A stretch of 64,000 nucleotides of DNA from contig OZ242383.1 of assembly GCA_965209155.1 (NCBI GenBank), positions 3,680,001 to 3,744,000 on the forward strand. Reading direction: 5' to 3'. Source of the stretch: a bacterium (GTDB taxonomy: Bacteria; SAR324; NAC60-12). The position numbers and the translations under genes were made by a program. The notes under the pieces were generated by a model. It did no database searches and was not told where the DNA came from. It saw nothing but the letters and a program-made list of their open reading frames with translations. This document shows positions 10,512-20,158 of the stretch, piece after piece (position 1 is the first letter of the stretch; the number at the start of each line of letters is the position of its first letter).

Positions 10512-10920
10512 TACCGGTTACTTTATCGCGTTGTATAATCAAAATGATTCGTATCATTCCCAAGCCATCCAGCTCTCCAAGACCATCACGGTCCCTTTAG
10601 TCACAACTTGGCCTGTGGTCACAGAGACTCATTATTTGCTGCAAGCAAAATTGGGAGGGAAGGTTTCGGTATTTTATCAGTTCCTGGAAGATCCGTTTCT
10701 CTCCATCTTTTCTCTCACCCCAACCCATCTGCCTCGCATCCGACAATTGTCGGAACAGTATACCAACCTTCCTGCCGATTTAGCTGACATCACCCTGATC
10801 ATTTTGGCAGAAACTCAGGGGCATGGCCAAATCCTGACAACTGATCGCAGGGATTTCGAGACCTATCGGTTCAAAAACACCCATCCCTTTGAAAATCTGT
10901 TGGATGCCCTGAGTGCGTAA
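10492..10920 (+). CDS. vapC: PIN-domain toxin (VapC family)
   Basis: ILVDTG, VVTE, ADLAD, ILTTDRRDF acidic PIN motifs. Confidence 0.88.
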   Translation: MKNILVDTGYFIALYNQNDSYHSQAIQLSKTITVPLVTTWPVVTETHYLLQAKLGGKVSVFYQFLEDPFLSIFSLTPTHLPRIRQLSEQYTNLPADLADITLIILAETQGHGQILTTDRRDFETYRFKNTHPFENLLDALSA

Positions 10921-11070
10921 TGGCATTGGAAGAGAAAAGAGAAGGGCTCATTTTTTCTTTTATTGTCCCCTTTTCTGAACTTATGGTAGAATGTTTCAAA
11001 GGACTCGATTGCTGGCAGGGGTGGGCTCAGAGGGCAAGGGTTCAGGTCAGAGGTTCCCACAAGGAGAGCG

Positions 11071-12813
11071 ATGCAAAAAGGAATACGGCGAATTGCCTAT
11101 GGGGTGGCAGATTTTGAAAAGATCCAGACCCGCAAGGATTACTATGTAGACAAAACCCGCTTCATTCCCCTTTTGGAGGAAAACGATTACCTCTTTTTCA
11201 TCCGCCCCCGCCGTTTTGGCAAATCGCTCTGGATTTCGATTCTGGAGACCTATTATGATTGTGCCAAAAAAGAGCGGTTTGCCGAATTCTTTCATGATAC
11301 CTGGATTGGGGACAATCCCACCGAGGAACAAGGTTCGTATCTCGTCCTCACCTTCGATTTTTCCATGGTGCGGGCCGATCCGGAGAAGGTTGAGGAAAGT
11401 TTTGAAGATCACGGGCGGATTCATCTGCACAGTTTTCTGGACAAGTATCGGCAGTGGTTTTCGGCAGAGGCCATTGCGTCTATTCAAAAAGAACCCAATG
11501 TCAGTGCTAAGCTCTCCGCGCTTTTCCGGGAGGCACAAAAACGCAACCTGCCTCTCTACATCCTGATTGATGAATATGACAACTTTGCCAACACGATCCT
11601 CTCGACTGCCGGAGCAAAAGCCTATCATGACTTGACCCATGGAGAAGGTTTTTACCGGCATTTCTTTGCCATGCTCAAAGGCGGCACCGGTAAAAGTGGA
11701 GCCGGGCTGCAACGGTTGTTTACCACCGGTGTCTCTCCAGTGACGATGGATGATGTCACTAGCGGCTTCAATATTGGCAGTAATATCAGCTTGGATCCCG
11801 CCTATAACGAAATGGTCGGCTTCAGCGAAGCGGACATCCAAACCATGCTGGCCTATTATCAACATAAAGGCGTCTTTCAGCAGAATATTGAGGAAACCCT
11901 TGCCTTGATGAGGCTCTGGTATGACAATTATCGGTTTGGGGAAGAGAGCAAGTTCCCCATGTTCAATACCGATATGGTGATTTACTTTGTGCAGAAATCC
12001 ATCCAAAATGGCCGGCCTCCCAAGGAGTTGATCGACCAGAATATTCGTATCGATTATGGCAAATTGCGGCATTTGATGCTCATCAGTCATCAACTCAACA
12101 GCAACTTCGATCGGCTGAAGGCCATCATTGAAGAGGGGGAGGTGCTCAGTGAAGTCAAGACCAGCTTCCCGCTGGAACAGCTGACCCAACAAGAAAATTT
12201 CATTTCCCTGTTGTACTATTTCGGTCTCTTGAGTTTCGCGGGAAGGAAACGGGGGCAGCCTCTACTGAAAATTCCCAATCGTACCGTTCAACACCTTATG
12301 TATGGGTATATGCGAGAGGCCTATCAGGAGATAGAAACATTTCGGGTCGATCTCTGGAAACTGAATGACCTCCTCAGTCGGATGGCCTATGAAGGGGAAT
12401 GGAAAAATTTCTTTGACTTCCTGGCAAAAGCCATCCACCAGCAAACCAGCATTCGTGATTATCTCACCGCAGAAAAGGTCATCCAGGGTTTTCTGCTGGC
12501 CTACCTCAATATCAGCGACTTTTACATCAGCCGCACTGAAAAAGAGATGAACAAAGGCTTTGCCGATATTTTCCTGGAACCCTTTCTGGCCAAATATCCC
12601 GATCTGCCCTGCCTCTACCTGATTGAACTGAAGTATCTCAAACGCGGAGCCCTCACTGACTCCCTCCTGCAACAAACCATTGAGGAGGCCCAAGGGCAAC
12701 TGACCCTCTATCTGCAGGATGAGATTCTCCAAAACCAATACGCCTCCCTGCAAACCATCGGCCTGATCCTGGTATTTCACGGCTGGGAACTGATCTATTG
12801 TGAGAGAAGCTAA
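11071..12813 (+). CDS. AAA-ATPase-like protein with C-terminal PD-(D/E)XK nuclease domain
   Basis: YYVDKT, RPRRFGKS Walker A, ILIDEYD Walker B, C-terminal GFADIFL...LIELKY. Confidence 0.9.
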   Translation: MQKGIRRIAYGVADFEKIQTRKDYYVDKTRFIPLLEENDYLFFIRPRRFGKSLWISILETYYDCAKKERFAEFFHDTWIGDNPTEEQGSYLVLTFDFSMVRADPEKVEESFEDHGRIHLHSFLDKYRQWFSAEAIASIQKEPNVSAKLSALFREAQKRNLPLYILIDEYDNFANTILSTAGAKAYHDLTHGEGFYRHFFAMLKGGTGKSGAGLQRLFTTGVSPVTMDDVTSGFNIGSNISLDPAYNEMVGFSEADIQTMLAYYQHKGVFQQNIEETLALMRLWYDNYRFGEESKFPMFNTDMVIYFVQKSIQNGRPPKELIDQNIRIDYGKLRHLMLISHQLNSNFDRLKAIIEEGEVLSEVKTSFPLEQLTQQENFISLLYYFGLLSFAGRKRGQPLLKIPNRTVQHLMYGYMREAYQEIETFRVDLWKLNDLLSRMAYEGEWKNFFDFLAKAIHQQTSIRDYLTAEKVIQGFLLAYLNISDFYISRTEKEMNKGFADIFLEPFLAKYPDLPCLYLIELKYLKRGALTDSLLQQTIEEAQGQLTLYLQDEILQNQYASLQTIGLILVFHGWELIYCERS

Positions 12814-12846
12814 GCGGATCCTATTGTCTGCTAAGAACCCTTTACC

Positions 12847-13734
12847 ATGAGGAAAACCATGAAATTTTTTGATACAGAACCGGCACCCGGCAATTTTGGC
12901 AAACGCATTCTTGGTCTCAACCTTTCAGAACCGTCAGCCCCTGAGGTCCTCAAAGCGCTGTTTATTACTCTCTATGAACATCGTTTTTTGGTGATTCCAG
13001 GACAAGACTTGACCCTGGATCAATACCTCCGGTTTGGAGAGTCGTTTGGCACACCGATCCCCCATGTGGTGGACCAGTCACGCTTGGAGAGATACCCTGA
13101 AATCACGACCATCCATAATAGAGTGCAGGAAAATAAAAAATATGTTGATAGCGCCGCGTGGTGGCACACAGACCAATCCTATGAGGCTCAACCGGCCATC
13201 ACGACATTGTTGTATTCTGCGCAAGCGCCTGAAAAAGGAGGAGATACCCGATTTGCCGATATGGTTGCCGCCTATGAGGCCCTTTCGGATTCCATCAAAT
13301 CCCGCATTGCGGACCTGGAAGTCGAACATTTGTACGGGAAGGGCGTTGCTCTTCAGAAAGACGATATCCCAACCCCTCCTCTTTCCGAAGCGCAGAAGCA
13401 GCGTGTGCCTCCTGTTATACACAAATTGGTGCGTCCTCATCCGGTGACTGGCCAAAAAACCTTGTATTCTCCAGCAGGCACCAGTCAGGGAATCCGTGGG
13501 ATGGCCTTGGCAGAGGCTAAAACGCTTCTCAACGAGTTAGCGGCTCATGCCCTACAGCCTCGATTTCAAAACAAACACCACTATGCCGTGGGTGATGTGG
13601 TTCTTTGGGATACTGCTGCGACCATGCATGCCGCTTCCCCCAATCACGCCGCCACAGGGCCGGATGACACCCGAGTCCTCTATAGGATCAGTGTCCGAGG
13701 CATTCCTCCGTTACTTCAAAAAGAACAACTCTGA
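12847..13734 (+). CDS. TauD/TfdA family 2OG-dependent dioxygenase
   Basis: WHTDQSY, GGDTRFAD, HPVTGQK, WD...TMH, R motif. Confidence 0.92.
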   Translation: MRKTMKFFDTEPAPGNFGKRILGLNLSEPSAPEVLKALFITLYEHRFLVIPGQDLTLDQYLRFGESFGTPIPHVVDQSRLERYPEITTIHNRVQENKKYVDSAAWWHTDQSYEAQPAITTLLYSAQAPEKGGDTRFADMVAAYEALSDSIKSRIADLEVEHLYGKGVALQKDDIPTPPLSEAQKQRVPPVIHKLVRPHPVTGQKTLYSPAGTSQGIRGMALAEAKTLLNELAAHALQPRFQNKHHYAVGDVVLWDTAATMHAASPNHAATGPDDTRVLYRISVRGIPPLLQKEQL

Positions 13735-13795
13735 ATATCTTCGCCCGCTCGGTTCGACCCCTCCGACCGTGCGGGCATCCAGGCGCACCTACAGG

Positions 13796-13825
13796 AGTAT
13801 CGTGAATTACGAAGATTATCATTAA
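13796..13825 (+). pseudogene. HigB toxin 3' remnant
   Basis: ...IVNYEDYH* directly upstream of higA is the typical HigB C-terminus; the rest is replaced by a GC-rich hairpin. Confidence 0.6.
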
Positions 13826-13835
13826 GGAGAGTAAA

Positions 13836-14195
13836 ATGAAAATGCATAATCCCCCTCATCCAGGAGAAATCATTAAAGGTCTATGGCTTGATCCAATGGG
13901 AATTAGTATCACCCATGCAGCAAAAGCTATCGGAGTGAGCCGCAAAACTCTATCAAAAATTATTAACAAAAAAGGAAGCATTATACCTGAAATGGCCCTT
14001 CGACTATCCCTTGCCTTTGGTAGCAGTCCTGAATCCTGGATGGGACATCAGGTCGCTTATGATTTATGGCAGGTAGAACTCAAAAAAGATAAATTAGATG
14101 TGACTCCCATACATTTAATGGGAAATTCAGCAGCCAAACCAGTCGTTCCTCCCGATTTTCACCATAGCCAGTTCGATCTTCAACCGGGCAGATGA
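13836..14195 (+). CDS. higA: HigA family antitoxin (Xre HTH), with probably spurious C-terminal extension
   Basis: [11 protein letters not shown]...[17 protein letters not shown]...EMALRLS...[11 protein letters not shown]. Confidence 0.88.
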   Translation: MKMHNPPHPGEIIKGLWLDPMGISITHAAKAIGVSRKTLSKIINKKGSIIPEMALRLSLAFGSSPESWMGHQVAYDLWQVELKKDKLDVTPIHLMGNSAAKPVVPPDFHHSQFDLQPGR

Positions 14196-14220
14196 CAGGG
14201 GCTTCTACAAATTTTTGATT

Positions 14221-14277
14221 TTCACTATAGGAACAGTAAGAAACATATATCGCCAGGCTGGTTGGGATTGGCCATAG
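14221..14277 (+). pseudogene. HicA toxin 3' remnant
   Basis: FTIGTVRNIYRQAGWDWP* immediately upstream of hicB resembles the HicA C-terminal helix. Confidence 0.6.
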
Positions 14278-14286
14278 AGGTGAATT

Positions 14287-14685
14287 ATGAAGTATTCCGT
14301 TGTCATTCACAAAGATCCTAACTCCGATTATGGGGAGACCGTCCCAGATCTACCTAGTTGTTTTTCAGCCGGGAGTTCTCTAGATGATGCTTTAGAAAAT
14401 GCAAAAGAAGCGATTGAGTGCCATTTAGAAGGCTTGCTCATGGAACATGAGACAATCCCTATCTTAAAGCACATTGAAGAGCATCAATCTAATCCAGAAT
14501 ATGAAGCGGGAGTGTGGGCTCTTGTGGACTTAGACATTTCTCAACTGTCTGGCAAAGCAAGCGGTAATGATATTCGTCTTAAAACCATTGGGATAACCCG
14601 CCTCGGCCAGCAGCTGTTTGGCTTCCTCGGGGTGATATTCAAACAGCCTGGCGATATCCGGGCGTTCTTTGTACATATCCTCTAA
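14287..14685 (+). pseudogene. hicB: HicB antitoxin truncated at about 14560
   Basis: YSVVIHKD...PDLPSCFSAG...ALENAKEAIECHLEG; after LSGKA the frame reads antisense of the ABC binding protein relic, so the DNA-binding tail is lost. Confidence 0.75.
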
Positions 14686-15765
14686 TGAAATGTAATAGGG
14701 CGCAAGGCCGGGACCGGAGAGATGAGTGGGGTAGACTGCGTCGCCGTTGTATAATTGATCCTTCATTTCCTTATGGTTGATGGCCAGCATGACGGCCTTC
14801 CGGACTCGCTGATCACTGAAAGGTTTCATGGTAATTCTCCCTGTCAGCAACATCGCACGGTCTGGAATCGGGGTAAGCCTTATTTCGGGGTTTGTCTCCA
14901 GCAAGGATTCTTTGTAACGTGCCGGTATAGACCATAAATTAAGGTCAATCTTGCCTGTGCGAATCCCTGCAACCTTTGCCGGCTCATCCAATATGATATA
15001 CCGTATTTTATCCACGTAGGGGAGCCGGTTTTCGGGATGGAGCGGATCTTTCTGCCAGAAGTTCGGGTTTTTTTCCAGTACCAGTTGACTCCCCTCAACA
15101 TAATCGATGGGGTAAAATGGGCCTGATCCGTAGGTATTCTTCCAGTCTTTGCGATTGATGCCCTGCTCGACCAACTCCCGTGGAAAAATACCAAACATCG
15201 ACATTGACATAACCATCGAATTGTAGGTTCCAGTTGGAACTTTCCACGACAGTTCGACGGTCCATTGATCAAGGGCTATCCATGTCCAGATGTCCTTCTT
15301 GGCAGCCATGTTTGTGTTTGTGTTTGTGTTTTCGATTGCGGCTTTCCAGGAAACGATGACTTCATGAGTATCAAGTTCCCCGCCATTGACGGGGGATTTA
15401 TTCCGGAAGTGAACCCCCCGGCGGAGTTTAAAGATGATCTTGGTGGGATGCGCTTCATAGGATTCGGCCAAATAACCGGTCATGCTATCCCGGGAGGTCC
15501 CCAACGAGGCGAATGCAAATTCACCGGTCCCTCCCGGGCCTCGTGTCACATCTGCCTGTATTAAAAAATCATGACTTATCGATCCCCCAGGACCGTCGGG
15601 CCAGTGCCCTGCCGGATCAAAACCCATTCTACTATCCAATGCTGCAACGGTTAGCGAACCGCCGTAGTTTTAGGCAGACACACTGCCTGCCAGGATCAGC
15701 CCCATCAAAAAGGTGAGTCATAACGAAAACAATTGATTCGGTTTCATTTTTATTAAATCCATCAT
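14560..15765 (-). pseudogene. ABC substrate-binding protein (family 5), with nonsense codons and 3' truncation
   Basis: AAGGAG RBS and ATG 15765: MMDLIKMKPNQLFSL*LTFLMGLILAGSVSA*NYGGSLT..., continuing in frame into ORF 14530..15639 (DPLHPENRLPYVD, LLAEAGYPNGF) and breaking at the hicB junction. Confidence 0.8.
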
Positions 15766-16012
15766 TTCTCCTTTCCCTAGCCACCGGGGGCAATCTGTTA
15801 AGGTATTGACACAATGTTTCAATTCGACTCAAAAGATGTACTTATAGGGAATGAATGTCAATAGGCATATCACTGATTTATGGCTTCAAAAATTCTGATA
15901 AATGCATCAGAAAAATTGAAGGAGGGATCGGATTTTCAACCCTACGGTGAGATCAGTATCGCTGGGATTTACCGGGGGGAAGGTCGGTTGTCAGAGAAAA
16001 AAAGGGGCGTAT

Positions 16013-16357
16013 TTATGGAGTAAACCATTTTGCAAGCATGTTGTAGAGACGTTGTAGGCGGTCTTGATCAATATTCCCAAGCTCGGCTCTAAATCGCTGC
16101 TGACTGACCGTAAGGAGTCTATCCAGGCGAATGACGCTGGTAGTCTTTAATCGTGATGTTGGAAAATCGGAGTCATCTTTATTGATTATTTCTCCAAAAC
16201 CCTCAATATGCTGATGAATCTGAGAAGACACCATGCATACCAACCAATCATCAAACCTGCTTGGGGTTTCTTTCAGTAATAAATCCGGACGGATGGAAAA
16301 AGTCTGCAAATCTGCCTGGGGGAAATTGAGGAGAATTATAGTACCTGGAGTAATCAT
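16013..16357 (-). CDS. PemK/MazF-like toxin
   Basis: PGTIILLNFPQADL...RP.LLL...VCMVSSQ...LKTTSVIRLDRLLTV...LG. Confidence 0.78.
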   Translation of the reverse strand: MITPGTIILLNFPQADLQTFSIRPDLLLKETPSRFDDWLVCMVSSQIHQHIEGFGEIINKDDSDFPTSRLKTTSVIRLDRLLTVSQQRFRAELGNIDQDRLQRLYNMLAKWFTP

Positions 16358-16569
16358 CGGTACACTTCTTTTGCGTCTTCTAAAGTATATTGGATCTCAT
16401 CCGCTATATCCATTCCCTTTTGTGCCTCAAGCATGGCCAGTTGTTCAAAATTAGTATCTTCCTCTAATGCTTCTTGTAGTAAGGTGCTGGCGAAATCATC
16501 AATATCAGCAACTCTTTCAAGCTGTGGTCTTAACCTATCGTCGAGTGTTGCAGTAATATGCACTTTCAT
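16354..16569 (-). CDS. Putative antitoxin
   Basis: 71 aa acidic ORF overlapping the toxin start by 4 nt (ATGA), GAGG RBS. Confidence 0.6.
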   Translation of the reverse strand: MKVHITATLDDRLRPQLERVADIDDFASTLLQEALEEDTNFEQLAMLEAQKGMDIADEIQYTLEDAKEVYR

Positions 16570-16725
16570 TGCATCCCTCTTTCTTGTTAGGTGTATTGAT
16601 TGGTGGCACATAATAGGTCAATCTTTATTAGTATGCCGATTTGAAGGGAAAGCACAAATCAGAAAGAGGGCTATCTTTTTGAGTGAGGTACTTTTTATAG
16701 GGTCCAACGTCGAGTTATATGGAAG

Positions 16726-17373
16726 TCAACCCTCTCGCAGTGCGAATTTGATGAGATCGGCGATATTTTTCAGTTTGAGTTTTTCCATGATATGTCGACG
16801 ATGCGTGGAGACGGTTTTGATGCTGATATAGAACTTGGCGGCAATCTTCTCCGAGTTATACCCTTCCGCGAGCAATTGGAGGACTTCCCGTTCTCTGGCA
16901 CTCAATCGCATCTCAGGCAATGATGCGGCTTCGACAGCGGTTTCGGTCCGCTCTTGGGCATAGTCTTTCATCACGATCTCGGCGATGTTCGGGCTGAGAT
17001 AAGCTTTTCCACTGACTACTGCGAGAATCGCCTGCACCAGTTCGTCAAACGCGCAGGATTTCACTAAATACCCGGACACCCCGGCACTGAGCATGCCTTC
17101 CACATAACGTCTGTCGGAATACATGGACAGCGCAATGACCTGTGTTGACGGGGACACCGCCAGGATTTGCCGGGTGGCATCGATGCCGTTCAAATCCGGC
17201 ATGCTGATATCCATAATAACCACATCCGGCCCAAGATTCTCCACGAGCCTGACGGCATCCCTTCCGTTTTCCGCCTCTCCGACCACCTCCATATCCGGTT
17301 GCTTTTCGATCAGGGCGCTCAACCCGTCACGCATAATTTTGTGATCGTCGACAAGTAATATGCTGGTACGCAT
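16726..17373 (-). CDS. NarL/FixJ family response regulator (REC + LuxR HTH)
   Basis: LLVDDH, VVIMDISMPDLNG, LSAREREVLQLLAEG...KTVSTHR; GGAGGT RBS. Confidence 0.92.
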   Translation of the reverse strand: MRTSILLVDDHKIMRDGLSALIEKQPDMEVVGEAENGRDAVRLVENLGPDVVIMDISMPDLNGIDATRQILAVSPSTQVIALSMYSDRRYVEGMLSAGVSGYLVKSCAFDELVQAILAVVSGKAYLSPNIAEIVMKDYAQERTETAVEAASLPEMRLSAREREVLQLLAEGYNSEKIAAKFYISIKTVSTHRRHIMEKLKLKNIADLIKFALREG

Positions 17374-17403
17374 AGCTATACCTCCCACCATAAACTATTG
17401 TTC

Positions 17404-17466
17404 AAGCATCCGGTATTTCCATCACAACCCGGGTGCCCTGATGAGGTTGGGAGTGGACAATGAGAT
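17404..17466. repeat. 63-bp direct repeat, copy 1 (3' end of the sensor kinase gene)
   Basis: 62/63 identical to 18205..18267. Confidence 0.95.
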
Positions 17467-17505
17467 TACTGATTCTTATAATTCGATTCTTTTTTTGAAA
17501 TTACT

Positions 17506-17856
17506 TTATCTTTCTCCAAAGAGGAAAAGCTGGATATTGTTATCAATGTTTTGCATTGTTTGCTCATCGAGTGTTCCAATGAATTTGAGAAATCGTTTTT
17601 TATCAAATGAACTCATCTGTTTTGTTTTGAGTAAAGAATCTTTCATGAGTCTATTCTAGACGTCTTTCTTCAAAAGTACATCAAGCTCTGTGGTTTTTGA
17701 AATCTGAGAAGAAATTGGAATAACTGTCAATAAGTTACTGGATGAAATATATTTCTCCTGTTGAATGATCAGGGCGGGTCGGATTTTTTTATATTCATGT
17801 CCAATACTTGGATCAATGTTTACTAACCAAATTTGACCACGCTGAAACTTCCTCAT
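17506..17856 (-). pseudogene. MazF/PemK toxin with an in-frame amber codon
   Basis: RGQIWLVNIDPSIGHEYKKIRPALII...KKDV*NRLMKDSLLKTKQMSSFDKKRFLKFIGTL...; TAG at 17656-17658, frame continues to TAA at 17506. Confidence 0.85.
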
Positions 17857-18080
17857 ATCTCTTTCAAATTGAGATAATAATTGATTTCTTCTTCAGAAAG
17901 AACATCATGTGAAATATCTATCATGTTTGATTGTTCTATATCATTTTCAGATGCCACAATTTCATAATCTTCAAATATTACAGTGACTTTAAACTGAGCG
18001 TTTTTCTTTTTGATAAATTCTTTAGGGCAATAAAGATGTCCATCTGGTAATAATCTACTCTCAAAAGTAAGTGTATTCAT
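17853..18080 (-). CDS. Putative antitoxin
   Basis: 75 aa, AbrB-like N-terminus, acidic tail, ATGA overlap with the toxin. Confidence 0.65.
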   Translation of the reverse strand: MNTLTFESRLLPDGHLYCPKEFIKKKNAQFKVTVIFEDYEIVASENDIEQSNMIDISHDVLSEEEINYYLNLKEI

Positions 18081-18202
18081 ACTAAAACTCTCCAGTTATG
18101 TAAGTTATCGCATTAGAGATTCCTCAGATACTTGTATTCTACCTCTTCTGTTGGGTGCTCGACCCTCTTCAATTTACTTAATTTTATTAAAAAGTAATAG
18201 CT

Positions 18203-19594
18203 TTAAGCATCCGGTATTTCCATCACAACCCGGGTGCCCTGGTGAGGTTGGGAGTGGACAATGAGATCACCGTTAAAGAAACTTAAGCGCTCTTTGATAC
18301 TGAAGAGCCCGAACCCCCCAGCTCCGGATGGAGCGTTTGTGACACCTGCCGGCATTCCCACGCCATCGTCCTGAACCGAGATCACCAGGTGCTCGTCCTT
18401 TCGGGTGATGGAAACTTCGACATGCTTTGCATTCGCATGTTTGACAACATTGAACAGCAGTTCGCGGACTGCACGAAAAATAAGGACCCGCAGATTATTG
18501 CTGATTGGCTCGAGCGTTTCATCCCCTTTCAGCACAATCTTGCATGCATACTCCTTCTAAGTTTGCTCAATCAGCCAGTCAATCGCGGGAATTACCCCTA
18601 AATCATACAGTACGGGCGGGCTGATTTCTAAGATCATTGATTGCACCTCTTTGACAGTCTCCTCGATCGCTTGATTAAAGTCTTTCAGGACAACGTTTTT
18701 CTCATCACTGTCGGCAGTCTCTCCGAGCAGGCCGATTTTGAGAGCGACATTTGTCAAAGTATGTCCAATGCGATCATGAATTTCAGAAGCGATTCGACGC
18801 CGTTCTCTTTCTTCGGCAAACAATAACTCGTTTGTCATGGATCGCAATTTTTCTTTGGCTTATTCACGCTCAACAGACTGTTTTTCCAAGGTACCGACCA
18901 ACCATTTCAGATCCTGCTCTCTGGCCGCAATTTTGTCTGTCATGGTATTCACGCTTTGGGCGATCAGATTCATGGTGTGGTCTTTCATGGGAGAGAGCCT
19001 ATGCTCATAAGACCCGGCAGCAATAGCCCTGACACTCTCCATCAATGCTAATAAAGGTTTTCGTACAAACATTTCCTGCAACACGACCGATGCGATACTG
19101 ATCGCCAAGACCAGGCAACTTGCCACAGCGATGACATAATAGAGAAATTCTTTTTGCCACTTCAGGATTCTATTCATCGAGTAGGCGACTTCAACAGAAC
19201 CAATTCTCGTATCGTAGAACGCTATTATCGGTTTTTTGGCGATAATATGACCTCCTTGGATATCATTCCCTTCATACAAAATGTTTTGTAATTCATCGAA
19301 AATGGAAACAGAAACCACATTGAGCCCTTTCTGGTATTCATTTCTGGCCTATGCCATCATTTTATTGTTTTCAAAGTAGTAGGCTCGTGCTGCGTCTCTA
19401 GCCAGGTTTTCCGCGATTTGATCGGCCTTTTCCTGTAAAATACGGACTTCTCTTTTCGTCATAATTATAAAATTGATGGCCCCCACTCCCAAGGCAACGA
19501 TGATGACAATCGGCATGAGACCGAACAGAATATCTCGAGGAATGGAGCGCGTTAAAAATATATTGAAGATTGCATTTTTCATTTTTTTGCTCAA
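18203..19594 (-). pseudogene. NarX/UhpB-type (HisKA_3) sensor histidine kinase with HAMP, three in-frame stops
   Basis: Four ORF-track fragments share one frame; stops TAG 19349-51, TAA 18860-62, TAG 18557-59; ERERRRIASEIHD H-box, NVVKHANA N-box, DDGVG, GFGLFSI. Confidence 0.88.
18205..18267. repeat. 63-bp direct repeat, copy 2
   Basis: aagcatccggtatttccatcacaacccgggtgccctggtgaggttgggagtggacaatgagat. Confidence 0.95.
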
Positions 19595-20158
19595 TTGATC
19601 CGCCTTCGCCGAAGACTACGAGCTGGCCCATGGAGAAATGCGTAAAATTTTTGTGCGACAGTGGATTGATCCGCATTCCCTTTATTGATTATTTTTGATA
19701 AAGTCTTTCTGGAAATTCCAAGATTCGAATAGATATCTTTAATAAGTTCAATATGTTATGGAATCTTCAGATTTTAGAAAAAATTGTCATTCCTGCTCCA
19801 TGCGAAAGCAGGGACAAGTTTAGCGAGGATGACAAATAAGCCAGGATGCTCCTATTATTGAAGATTTATGTCAAACTCGAATTAACGAGGAAGTGAGATG
19901 TCCCGACCAAGTGATAGTGACATGTTTCAAACAAGAAATTCAATTATCGTTGATTTTATGGTTCGGGAATTATTTGATTGCGTAGGGAGAAGATTTTTTG
20001 TCAAACTCCCGGGTGTTCTATTGGGGATATGGTTGGTGTTGTTGATTACTATCCAGTGTTTGTTGGAGGTGAACACGAATTGAAATCATAGCTTCACCCT
20101 GGTATCTTTCCTGATCTGCGTATTCCATAATCCTGAACGTGATCTTCTTTGAGATTTT

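Noticed and set aside
11047..12780. Long minus-strand ORFs (381 and 172 aa)
   Set aside because: Antisense to the AAA-ATPase gene, no motifs
15309..15331. (TTTGTG)n microsatellite encoding NTNTNTN
   Set aside because: Only about 3.5 units inside a pseudogene; no case for phase variation
9891..18200. Integron or CALIN array
   Set aside because: No intI and no complete attC recognisable by eye; genes are on mixed strands
15630..19594. Alternative genetic code (TAR = Gln)
   Set aside because: Neighbouring genes, including these same ones, terminate at TAA/TAG; no suppressor tRNA seen (tRNA-Gln has TTG)
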